Source of the DNA: Klebsormidium nitens
Taxonomy: Eukaryota; Plantae; Klebsormidiophyceae
DNA length: 64,000 nt
Assembly (NCBI GenBank): GCA_000708835.1
Contig: DF237001.1
Coordinates: 1 to 64,000, forward strand
Direction of reading: 5' to 3'
The position numbers were made by a program, and so were the translations under genes. Shown here in pieces: positions 34,649-46,872 of this stretch. Each line of letters starts with the position of its first letter. Position 1 is the first letter of the stretch. Under the pieces are notes generated by a model. That model was given only the letters and a program-made list of their open reading frames with translations. It did not search any database and was not told the DNA's origin.

Positions 34649-35830
34649 TGCGAAGGCAGGCGGTCTTTATTGTGCTTTACGCGGGTTGTACTAGAGAGCA
34701 AGGTGTCTCTGCAGTATTGTGTGTGTGCGTTTCCGTTTGTAGTGTAATGCGCAGGGCGGGTTAGCGAGGAGGTATACAAATTGGTCTTGTAGGAGTGTTT
34801 GAGGGTGGTGAGAGTAATTTCGACTCGAAAGGGAATAATGTCTGGTGGGGCTTTGGTCAATGGATTTCTGAGTTATTGTTAGGTCTTCTTAGGAGAGACA
34901 CGAAAGACACAACCAGCCCGTCTAGTTTGCATGCAATTGTTAGGTTTGGATGAAGTGGAGGGACGCGAGGCCACAACAATATGAGTGTGGTTCAAGGACA
35001 GAACGTACAACTCAACAGTGACTTGTAAGTCTAGTAGGGAGTGGATGATAAAGCCTGTTATACGTATCCACCTCTGAACGCTGGCTTTGGATAGGATCAT
35101 TGCCACATTAGTAATCTAGTATCCATTAGGGACTCTCTCTCTATTGGGACTCGAGATTCTTGGAACATCACTGTGACTAGTGCGGTCGATGCATGGGGAG
35201 ATAGCTTTCAACTGTTGGGGGTACCTACAACGAGCTTAGCATATGATGCTAGAAATAGCTGCTGTGTAGTGCAACAACCCAGGCCTTAATAGCTATTGTT
35301 AGCACCCAGGCTCGATATCCGATTATTATTTGTCTAGTGATCATTAGGCCGGGACACGTTTGGAAATCTGTTAGACTCGTTGAATTCGACTTTGTCGATC
35401 TGGTCAACCAGACAATGTCTAGGATATCAGATGTCGTTCTGGGCATCCATGCTCTGTTTGCAATTTGTGCGATGCGAGAGGCCCTTGTCGGAAGTGGCGC
35501 TCAACTTATGTGCCAGGACTTGGCACCCATACAGGTTTCAAGTCGATGTACCCACCCGTAATTTGCATGACATCAATGGCCATTGCCTTAATGCACACCT
35601 AGTACGGACCTAGCTGCGCATGGCAATATATTTTTAGCAGATCATGCGTTCAAAAGATGATCGTATAACCTGTATACGAAATATAAACTCAATGACAAGT
35701 TGCACATGTGGATCCGTACGTTGACGTACTTCTATATGAATTGGTACGCGCCCCTATAGTGCCTACACTAATGCACGCGTTCGGCTTCACAGTTATTGCA
35801 ATTGCGAAGTTTGGATCGATCGCACCGACT

Positions 35831-36756
35831 CACAGGCCCTTTATATGAGGTTGCGGCCANNNNNNNNNNNNNNNNNNNNNNNNNNNNNNNNNNNNNNNNN
35901 NNNNNNNNNNNNNNNNNNNNNNNNNNNNNNNNNNNNNNNNNNNNNNNNNNNNNNNNNNNNNNNNNNNNNNNNNNNNNNNNNNNNNNNNNNNNNNNNNNNN
36001 NNNNNNNNNNNNNNNNNNNNNNNNNNNNNNNNNNNNNNNNNNNNNNNNNNNNNNNNNNNNNNNNNNNNNNNNNNNNNNNNNNNNNNNNNNNNNNNNNNNN
36101 NNNNNNNNNNNNNNNNNNNNNNNNNNNNNNNNNNNNNNNNNNNNNNNNNNNNNNNNNNNNNNNNNNNNNNNNNNNNNNNNNNNNNNNNNNNNNNNNNNNN
36201 NNNNNNNNNNNNNNNNNNNNNNNNNNNNNNNNNNNNNNNNNNNNNNNNNNNNNNNNNNNNNNNNNNNNNNNNNNNNNNNNNNNNNNNNNNNNNNNNNNNN
36301 NNNNNNNNNNNNNNNNNNNNNNNNNNNNNNNNNNNNNNNNNNNNNNNNNNNNNNNNNNNNNNNNNNNNNNNNNNNNNNNNNNNNNNNNNNNNNNNNNNNN
36401 NNNNNNNNNNNNNNNNNNNNNNNNNNNNNNNNNNNNNNNNNNNNNNNNNNNNNNNNNNNNNNNNNNNNNNNNNNNNNNNNNNNNNNNNNNNNNNNNNNNN
36501 NNNNNNNNNNNNNNNNNNNNNNNNNNNNNNNNNNNNNNNNNNNNNNNNNNNNNNNNNNNNNNNNNNNNNNNNNNNNNNNNNNNNNNNNNNNNNNNNNNNN
36601 NNNNNNNNNNNNNNNNNNNNNNNNNNNNNNNNNNNNNNNNNNNNNNNNNNNNNNNNNNNNNNNNNNNNNNNNNNNNNNNNNNNNNNNNNNNNNNNNNNNN
36701 NNNNNNNNNNNNNNNNNNNNNNNNNNNCGGCCGCGACCTCATATAACGGGCCTGTG
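35831..36756. mobile_element. Probable TIR element whose interior is an 868-N gap (35860-36727)
   Basis: cacaggccctttatatgaggttgcggcca on the left and cggccgcgacctcatataacgggcctgtg on the right form a 29-bp inverted repeat with 3 mismatches abutting the gap; no TSD seen. Confidence 0.55.
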
Positions 36757-37192
36757 CTTGGATAGGTCCTACGCTTTGTTCTGCAGTACTACAAGTACAC
36801 ATTGAACAAGCTGCGCAGACATAGCCGCGGGCCATGCGAACAAGGCTAGTTACTTGAAAACATAAGTTGCAGGCTCCATTGAGGATCAGACTCATCGTGG
36901 CAGCCGTGTCCAGAAGTAGCGCGCTAGTATGTTGCAAGTCCGTCCGGAAATTGAAACGTTGAACGTGACGGATCTTCTTGGAAGCTCCGATCACAGGCAG
37001 ACTTTATAAGGAACGCTGCGCCCGACTTTGGAACTCTCGATTGAGAAGTTGCAATGTAGCTGGGCATGATGTTGCCCGACCAAGAAACTACCGGCCGGGT
37101 CTTGCGACACTCGAAGTCTCATATAAGCGGCATGTCAGTAGCACAAACAACCACTTGTTAATAGCAATCACGAATGCCCAAGAATTCGATCG

Positions 37193-40100
37193 TCATTTCT
37201 GATAAAGTGTGTGCTTCTGTCTGAGGATAGCGAACCACGTCAAATCATCGTGCCAGCTTGCCGCTATTTGGTCCACTGACTCTCCGCGGTCAAGCATTTG
37301 CCGGACGTGAGAGTTTCCAACCAATTTGTCGAGCCAATAGGACCCTCCGTCGCATCGCCATGCAAAATGGGTCGGGTAGAGTTGCTTGAGGAGAAGGAGC
37401 AAGTTGAGACCGACCCGTAGCGAATTGTACTCTTGAGGTTGTTGCACGTACAACTGCAAAAGCAAAAAATAGGGACGCAGTTAGCAGCAGGGTTTGGGCG
37501 AAAAGAAGTCAGGCATTGCAAAAAGAATTGGGAAGATGTGTGGGTAAGGAGCAAGGGGTGAGAAGGAGAACAGAAAGCAAGACGAGAGATGAATGAGAAC
37601 GAAGAAGAGAAACGCCTAAAAAGTAGGATCCAGTCTGGGCGCAAAGACCCCAATCTGACAGAAAAGATTTCGTACCTGAAGCGTACTGCACGAGTACTGT
37701 ACCGAGATCGACATCTTAAATGCTGACCATTCGCCGAACAACGCTGACCAAGAACGGGCTGAGAATAGAGACCTTCTAAAACATAACTGTATCGGCAAAC
37801 AGCACAAAGAACTAGACTTTGAGCGTTTACACTTCGTTACAGTAGGCCCCGCAACATCGATCACAGCGTTTCTGAAGCAGTCGACGTCCCGCAGGGGGTC
37901 CGTTTCCCGCGCACCTGGACCCCCCCGCACATCTTCCCCGCGTGCTTGCTGGACGTCGGGGTGAAGTAGGCCTCCCTAAAGAGTACGCCCGGCCAGCCTG
38001 CAGCGCGGGCTTCCCGAGAAAAGCGGAAGTCGACCCAGGGCGCTCCTATCTGCAGCGAAGGAGGATGCAACGTTTCAAAATGGTATCAGCCGCACGGAAA
38101 AGCAAGGAGTGAAAACAAAGCTGTACAAGAATTTAAGAGCAACGAGCGTACACTATCGCCAGGAATTTGCCGAGCTGATGGTATCGCTTCGGCCGTCTTG
38201 CGGGAACCCTTGATTGGTGACGAACACGCCCGGCGGAAAGGAGGGAGAGATAATTCTAGGAAGTGAAAGTTCAATCATCACACCAGAATTTTGACACGAG
38301 CGTGGCGTCGTTCCGAACCAAGGAACCGACACAAACGGAATCGAAACGGGCCTTCGTTTGCTTCCAAAGCACCCGACGAACAATGTAAAAGCGGCTCGCT
38401 TCCAGACTACTCTAGACGTGCTCCAGTCACGTTTATCTTCCTGTGCCGCTGGTCGAATAGGAACTTCATCTAGAGTCGACACGTGTCCTATCGAGCGGTT
38501 TGGCTTCCTGAACAAAGGGACTCACTAGACTGACGCAAATTATCTTCCACAAAAGTCAGCATTGCAACGCGGTCGGAAAAGAGTGACCAGACGATATGGT
38601 CGAGGGAGGGAAAGTGGACACAGATCTGAGACAAGACGCTACTGTCTTTTCTTAGACGTGAGAATTCTGACAACACGATATTTGCGATTGTACAAAGGAA
38701 ACGGCGCACCTGTTCGAACGGGAGAGTCGTCCCGCGCCCCTCTGACAGGTTCGTACCCTGCAAACGAGATACGGGAGAGAGGAATGAAAAACATAACTTC
38801 TAGATTGGGAAGAGTAGATCTAGGAGTTTGGCATGAAAGCCTGGAATCTCTAGGTGTGGAAAACGTGTAAATCGAGGGGCCTGGACAGGTTGCGGTTCCT
38901 CAGGTTCGGGTTTTGTTGTGGCATTCCCAAATCTAGCTATTAGTTCTATTGTACCTAGTCTTTCAACTTTTGGACTCACACTGTGGACTTAAGAGCCGCG
39001 CTTGGTGATAGAGGTCGAGGTTCTCAACCGAATCCAAGGAGGAGTTGCCAACGAAGCGAAAGGAAATCGATCATATGAAAGTGGACGGGAGGCCGAAATA
39101 GCGTGGCGGCAAGCTTTTCCCATCCAAAGGTCCCAACAAAGACGGTGTCCACATCTCGAGTAGGGGAACTTGTTCGAACGTGGGCTCTCAACTCAAGACC
39201 TTCTGGAGCCGACGGAGGCTCGAAGAAAGCAAATGATTCACACGCGGGACACTGAAGATCTTGATGGTGGTTATGCAATTCAGAATGACAAGACTTGTTG
39301 CGAGTCATAGTAAAACACGCAAAAGGAAACGAGAGTTCGAAGGTGATATTTGCGGTAACGGGACAACCCGCAGAAGCCAATTGAACACCTCATTAGGGGA
39401 AGGAGTAAGAACGGAGATGGAGCGGCAGCGCTGAAGCAGATACGACGGGTTTTGCAAGACTTTAAAAAACCAACAAGGTTCAAAAAGAGGCCAGAATGTT
39501 TTCTAGACACAACGAAAAGGCCCGATGACGCCGACAACGTTCGTCTGAGTCTAAAGACCGTGGTTTGGGGCTTGTGACAAGAAATGTTCTAGTATCGGAG
39601 CCGGAAGATGCTCCAGTCCACCTCCGTGAGAGGAGCACCTGCTGCAAGGAGGGACCATCAAGCGGAGAAGGAGGGGACAAAGAGAGGGCGGGGAGAAGGA
39701 AAGAACTTTCGCACAACAATGGAGACAAAAGTGCACAACGCAAATCACCAAAAAAAGTGATCTTACACGAACAGGCAATGATCCTTGCCAAAGGACGGAG
39801 AGAGGAAGGGGGCGAAGGAGGGGAACAACATGAATAGCAGGGAATGTGCAAGCGTGAAGATAAGAAAAGAAGTAAATAAACGGGAATAAAAAAATAGGTC
39901 TCACCTCGAAGAGGCCCGTTCCTCCGTAGACGAGCGCGGTGGCTGGGGTGGGCATGCCGGGCGAGGGGGGGACCCAGGGAAGGCCGGTCTCGGAGAAACA
40001 CGTGGCGCGCGACCACTGGTCCATCTTGACTACCTCCAAATTGGCCTGTGCGAAGAGAATTGAGATTGGATTTGCAAGGCGCCCACGGCTGGATAATCTA

Positions 40101-43100
40101 AAAAAGCGAGAAGTAGAAAGCTGCCCAGGAAACGCTTGACAGGTCCTACACTTGCGCTCCACAGATGCGGCGATCTCAAGTGCCGCTTCCGATGAACGGA
40201 TCCCTTCTTGCGGAACGCACCTTGCCATCCAGTCGAGCAAGGATCTGAAAGTATTCCCTTCCCTTTCAAAGTCGATCGTCAACCCAATCAATTAACCGAA
40301 ATACTTTTTGAAGTGCTAGTCGCGAACAGGACTCTATGGAAGCAGTGACAAACTGCTGGGGTATTCGGGTGTGGAGAGACCAAAATTACAGGCAAATGAG
40401 GGAGGTTGACCGCAGCACTAAGACCGCTTACGGGAAAGGCGAACTTACTTTCCCTTCGCCCGCAGGCACTCTTGAACACCCCTGCCGAAGGTTTAATAAC
40501 CGACAAACCACGCTTAGCCCTCTGAAAGAGACGCAACGCGCGAGTAGGCCATGAAAGTCTCGAAATAGGTGGCTCACTTGCCTGCCGCCCGCGTCCCCCG
40601 GGACGAACTCCTCGTTGAACAGCTGCGCGAGTTCGCCCATCGTGCACCCGTGGAGGAGCGGGATCGCCTGACGGAACAAGAACCGGCACCCGCCGTGAGT
40701 CGTCAATCATACTTGTCGAAGCACGGCAGACATCGTGACGTGTTCCCTCAAAAGTATCACAGAACGATTGTGTAACGAGGCGTATCGATGGTCGGCATCT
40801 GCTAAAGCTCCTGAGCATGCAAATGAGGAAATAAATCCCCGATGTCTACGATCGCAAGAAATCGATAGCCTGGACGCGAGGTCAGAAATGAATGGGATTG
40901 TTGTATGGGCGGCTCGGACTTCCGGTTTGTGAGCCGAGCAAGTAAGAAACTCTGCCCACCAACCTGAGGCCGGAACGGAACAAACTCCCAAATGCGCCCG
41001 GCCCAGGCTTTTAGAACACGTCCACAGTCTGAAGGAAAACAAGTTTCTTCCCAAGCGAACGAGGTCGCGTTCTAAATTTAACACCGCACGGCAGTGACGT
41101 GTACACAAGCCCTCCTGATCGGAAACACCAGCATCGTGAGATTGACACCGATCTTTCCATCCGTTTTGGGGGTAGAAGTCAACAGCGACCGTCCCGGATT
41201 GATTGGAGACGCTTTCTGAAAGGACGAAGATAAGAGGCAGTCCGTGACATTACAAAGATACGATAACACCGAAAGAAGGGAAGAAAGTGGCACGCGATGG
41301 ATAGAGACGAACTTTACTGAAGAGCGAAGAACGCGTCAACAAGAAGAGAGGGTCCAGCAGAAAATGACGAACGCAGAGAACGCAGAGCAAACGAAGGAGA
41401 TGCGAAGCCTCAGGAATCCAAAAGCAAGCAGGAGATTCTTAAAAGCAAGATGAGGGTCACGTCGAATTTGCAAGATATCAGGGAAGATCACGATCAGGAA
41501 ATTGTTGAAAAGATCTCCTGAAGAGAACACTTGCCTTTCTGCCAACGAACGATGCGAACTCTTTCTCCATCAGGGGGCCATCCACCAAAACCCCGCCAAT
41601 GGGATTCGGACGGTCCGCAACAATAAACTTGATGGGTTCGGACGCCAGAGCCGCTGCGACCAGGCAGTCGTACAGCGTCCAGATGTACGTGTAGAAGCGG
41701 ACCTGGACGAGGGAAGAGCGTATGATAAGGGCGATGCGCTTGTGGAAAGTGCGGCCTGGTTCTGAGTGAATTATGAGCTTTTGAGTGGATTTGCAAACAC
41801 GCCGTTTATAGAATTGACCACCTATTCGCAGGCAAGAGAGAGCACCACGGACCTTACATGTTTGATATGCACAGGGGGCCTAGACATCGCAACATTTTCG
41901 AACAGCATCGGTGAAAGATTGAGATCTCGCCAGCATCAAACTTAAAGAGGGCAAACACATCCATTTATTCGGGCCCCGACAGATGCGTTTCACGCCGAAG
42001 TGAAGTGCCCAACCTTTATCGCCAAGATATGGGATGTAAGTGAAAAGCCAATACTTCCACAAGAAAAGTATGAACTCATTTGCACGTGCTGGCCAGCTGA
42101 CATTGCAAGACGTGTATGGCATCAGCGTACAACGTGCAAGCATATTGCTCCGAACTTTCACCTCGACGATGCAGACATAAACAGCGCTCGCTCAACTCTC
42201 GTTGCTTCCTGATGGAGTTTCTAGATCTGAAGGACCCAACTTGGGAAGATTTGAAGGCTACCGGTCATAGCATTGCCTGCCGTTACACTGACGTCTTGCT
42301 TTAGCAGCATTCCGCTTTTGCAGTTCGTTCCTACCATTTCTCACTTTCGGATAGATTCAAACACCCTTTCTGAAGACATCAAGTCATGCCTAAAAGTCCA
42401 CAAGGATTTCTCTCCGTTAGAACCAGACAGGATTCCAAGAGAGAACGGATCTAATGGGCCCACAAAACGCCGACTTACCCCGACGTCTTGCATGTCAAAG
42501 AGGAGGCAATCAACTCCGGCTTCCGCAAAGGTCTCTGAGATGCGTCGACTGTTCTTCTGGTACAGATCGTACACCGGAAGGCCCGTCCGAGCGTCTGTGT
42601 ACTTGCTCTGAGAAGCGCCCGCCTGTAGGACCACGTGGCATGGTTAACAGCGGGTTAAGCAGGAAAGAGAAAGAATTATTTAAGCAGTAGGAAAGTGGTG
42701 TGTTTGAGCAGTACTTCGACAGACTGTGGGTTAAGGCAGCAGGCAAAAAGCGGCCCAAGCCCGTTACGACCTCAATTTGATATTAGATCCAGTTGAGGCT
42801 TCCAAGCTACGCCTCTGCGGTTAAGGCCCCGGGCTGCTAGTGCTGCGCCCCTTTCGCAGCCGGTTTGCTTTCTCATCGTTCTCGGCTTTAACGAGTTCGT
42901 TCTTCCAGTGAAAGAGAAAGGCAGTGCAACGTGGTACCGTCTCAGCTCCTGCCCTGCGGATTCATAACATGAATTCTCCACGTTCGCATTAGGTCCAACC
43001 CCTGTTAAGTATTTTGGCGATCTGCCAGTTCTCAGCATTCCCCAGGCGTGCTGCCATCGTTGACCCAGGTTTAGCAGCAAAGGACCACCAAAGGTCGAAG

Positions 43101-44227
43101 GCAAATGAGGAGTAGAGAAGTTGATACTAGAAGGCAGAGCACAACTAGTGTCGAGCAGTTTGAAGTTGAGCACGTTGTGACTCTTGATATGAAGAAGGCA
43201 CTGGAAAACGACATGCAGACGAATCTGCTTTCCAGCTTTTGCCCTTTTTTCTTCTACTCCACCAAATACATCTAACTTTCTAAGCTGATTGTCCCCGTCC
43301 CTTTCACTTCCTTCAATCCCAACCTCAGAGTCTGGCGGTTGTTCGTAAGCAGGATAATGTCGATCATGATCCTATTTCTGGGTCCGAAGAACGTTCACCT
43401 GCGCGGCGCCTCTGAATCCATGCTCGGGGCCAAAGACCGCCCGCAGATTGACACCGGGGGCTTCGTGCAGAACGTCCACCTGCCAGAAAGAGGAGTGGTG
43501 TCAATGCCAAGGAATCTACAATGTCATGGTGACGTGTTGACCAACTGTTTGATTGAGCTTTGTTGGTCACAATCACAGCTAAGAAGGGGTTATCTGCAAT
43601 GCTCGAGCACATGGCCAGCTGTTTTTGATGAATAGACACATGTCCGCAACCAGCTTCTTCTTGCTGGTCTTTCTGGGGCTTCCATGTCTAGATAATCACA
43701 GTAGTGAATGAAGTAGAGTTTTCTGAACATTATTTCAATCACTTCAGCACGAATTTGATGTGGCTTACTTTGGGTCAGAAGAAGAGCACCAGATTATTTG
43801 GAATAAGGATGGAAGCAAAGGCCCATTGAAAAGTAGAGGGGGATACTTCTGTCATTTAAAAGTCCTCTGGTTAGTCAGAACAGCCAACTACTAACTGGTC
43901 ACTCTTTTGAGTTCAACTGTGTCAAGATAGAAACACCAGGTGCTTTCGGGCAAAGGTGTTCCACTTTCGAGCACCGCTCTTGCAAAATATTGGAGCTCAG
44001 CTCGGTTGCATAGGTTTCAAGCAAGCAATCATCATCACTCACACTCCGTCTCCAAAGCCCATCCTCACCAGGTGGCGCAAGTCTGGAAAAACTCCCGATG
44101 CATTCGTCAGAACACCCACTTTGTGACCCCGCAACTGGTCCCATGCATTCTCCTCCATCATTTCAATCCCAGGCCTGACCCGGGGTGGTACATCGTTCCC
44201 TGCGCCTGGGGGGTGAGAATTGCCCAT
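37193..44227 (-). CDS. namZ: DUF1343 / NamZ (YbbC)-family exo-beta-N-acetylmuramidase, about 408 aa; exons 44227-44069, 43479-43399, 42622-42479, 41702-41535, 40667-40578, 40045-39905, 38757-38710, 38049-37915, 37453-37193
   Basis: VRPGIE...KVGVLTNASGV, VFGPEHGFRGAAQ, LLFDMQDVG|VRFYTYIWTL, DRPNPIGG, IPLLHGCTMGELAQLFN, GLPWVPPSPGMPT, GTNLSEGRGTTLPFEQIGAPW and YWLDKLVG form the full motif series of the family in one open frame after splicing. Confidence 0.9.
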
Positions 44228-44674
44228 CGCTCAGATTCGCAGAGCATCTGAGCTTCTGTCGAGGACGCAGACGCGGCGCCGCAGGGCTTCAGAACAGCAT
44301 ACATCAAGGGACAAGCTTGTAAGTGCTTGTACAACGCTGTCCGCAAGCGCCAAGAGGGAGGAAAGCTAGGCGGAGAACATACGAATAGGCTTTCCACTCC
44401 TACTACTAGCTACTGAGCTACTGCATGTGAACTTGAAACTCGGCAACGCGCGCGCTTCGGCCTGACGGCGTCGGAGGCCCGGCGGCGGGCCGGACGCACG
44501 CACGGTAACTTTGGAGGGAGTGTCCATCCTCTATACGGTGACTCGGAAGGCACCATTGGCATGTTCCGCAGCTTGCTGTCTTGCTGTATTTAAGCGAAAA
44601 GGCCGAAAGGCCTGGCGCATTCGGTCGTTCTTGTCTTTCTGCTTCCCTTTAAAGGAGCTGATTGGTTGTGTGCA
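44228..44674. promoter_or_regulatory. Putative bidirectional promoter between namZ-like and orphan gene
   Basis: 447-bp head-to-head spacer with GC-rich core (about 44445-44500). Confidence 0.35.
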
Positions 44675-45728
44675 ATGCATTATTTCAATGAGCCACGTGA
44701 GCCTGCAGCCTGCAACATAGCCATCAGCTTGTGCGAAGCTGGCCTAGAACCGACGGAGCAGATATTTGAGGGTGTGTTCTTCGATGAGCTTATACTCGTT
44801 GTAAAATTGATGCTGAAGAATGTCAAGGAGGCTGCAGCAAGGAAGTTGGGCTCTTATGCAACCCGGCATAAGCCGCGAGCTGCCCGCACAAAGAGACTGG
44901 TAAGGAAGCGCGGCCTATGTTCAATCCAGAGCACAATTATCGAAGTAGCCTAGCGTCTGCTCATCGGCAGCATTGCGTACGTTTGTTTGGCTACACTGGT
45001 AGGTGCTGCAAAATGATTCTCGTCAGATCGGCTGCACAAAGCTTCAATGGATTGATTTATCTGAGGTGATAACGTGGGACATATTGATTGCACAAGCTGA
45101 GACCCTCCTGAGTCCTGACCGCTCTGGACCATCTGGCTAGGTCATGAGCTCAGTTTTACGCCCCTTCATTTAAGACCAGACATTCAGCTCATGGAAGTCT
45201 GCAGAATTCCTGGTGAAAACTGCTGGCTGTTTGAGCTTAAGTGACTGTAAGCCGCCCAATGGCCCGACATCGAGGGTTGGCGAACTGCTTTCAAGCAAAG
45301 CACACAATTTTCCCATGCAGGTCTCTGCCTGGTTCACAAGACTCAACCGTGACATTATTGAGCGTAATGGCACCCCAGTCCGCTTTCATGAACGCATTCA
45401 AGAGTGGGGAAGATCAGGCATGCCAGCGGCCCTCAGGGAGATGGGTCGCGACATTGTAGAAGATGGCCCACAGACGGTGCAAACAGTAGCCTTGGCTCTC
45501 CGGGAGAGCGTAACAGCTGCCCGGCCCCTGATGCAGAATGCAATAGAAGGGTACATACAATGGCTAGAGCTTCCCGGACAGGTTTGCATCATCCAGAGAG
45601 CATTCAGAGCATACCGTAAGCGCAGATTGACATTTTACGTCATCATTGCGACAGCCCGGATTCCACGAGAGGTGCAGGAAGTGATCCTGAAGAAGGTCTT
45701 GCAGGCGTTTCGTTACATCCAATTTTAG
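44675..45728 (+). CDS. Hypothetical two-exon protein (about 210 aa) with IQ-like motif; exons 44675-44899, 45321-45728
   Basis: ATG at 44675, donor ctg|gtaagg, acceptor atgcag|gtc, phase 0. Contains IIQRAFRAYRKRR. No family recognised. Confidence 0.5.
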
Positions 45729-46872
45729 CACTCCAATGAGGACGCTTCTGGCGACGCTTATTGTTTACAAGGAAGCAACAATGACGTACTTGGATCATTT
45801 ATACCACATGCCAGCTATTTCAACGATCAACTTTCAATGGGAAAATGACATGACGCGTGTTCAGCAACATTCATCCGGTCAAGTACATTGCACATGTGCC
45901 TGATGGCAAGAAGTTCTTTTACATGTTGAATGGAGTTACTATCAAATCGCAGCAAATGGAAGCCAGTGAACGAGTCCGCATGCAATCTGTGAACACATCA
46001 GTCTCCGCATATCCGAAGCAACCATTGAATTTCGAAGTGCGTCGAATGCCTGATTCAGCACGTCGCGGCGGCGTCGTACTCAGTGTGCTAATTAATGCAT
46101 GGCAAAGTACGATAAGAAAGACTGCTGTTCGGCTAACCCCCTCCTGACCAGGCTTCAGTCAAAATCGTTTTGTTCAATGGAATTCCGATCACCTACGTGT
46201 TGCCTTCAGGCTTCGAAGGCTGCTATCGTTGCAAGCATGGCGTGCGTGATTTGTAATTGAAGACTATCTCATGTCGAGTCCGTTGATCTGTTGTCTGCTA
46301 TATGGCTCCCAAGCCTCTTGGACCCACCTTCAACCTTTAGATTGTACATTGTCTGAGGAGCCAAGAAGCTGAGTGGTGGTAAGTGTTGGACGAATGACAC
46401 CGAGTCTTTCCAAGGAAATCCTTGGACTTTGCGATATGTACATAGTTAAACAGGGCCGCGAGCGTGCCCCCACTGTACTGATACCCTTTGCTTCGCTTGC
46501 CTACGTATGACTATGGAAGTTCGATCCACTATCAGCTTCTATTGCGCGTTGTGTAATCAATATGATACTTAAGCTTCGTTGGGAGCGAAGCTTACTCGTT
46601 CCGAAGCTCTTTAGAGGTAGGCGACCAGAGTAAGAAGTGACCCGTCGCGCTAATGCTTATGTATTCATTTGCCTCCAGGTAATCTGCCAAAAAGCGCAAG
46701 CCTTTCACGCGAGTCGTATGGACAATTGACCTTTGACACTATGTACACGACCACCTATTTTCGACCAGCTTTGAACGCTTTGCGGTAATGGCCCCAGAGA
46801 CGGTTCCCTTTTCCAGTGGCACATCTAACCATTGACCCCCTACGTTTGTGTTCATTTCTAGCGTCGCTTCTG

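Noticed and set aside
1209-36994. Long ORFs in the track spanning N runs (1209-2289, 15040-15982, 21023-22126, 35768-36994)
   Set aside because: Artefacts of translating gaps.
45857-46147. 96-codon ORF after the orphan gene
   Set aside because: No ATG at the start, no recognisable motif and no convincing splice link.
46570-46594. 9-bp-stem hairpin taagcttcg...cgaagctta between convergent genes as a terminator
   Set aside because: Eukaryotic context with no U-tract; an isolated short palindrome is expected by chance.
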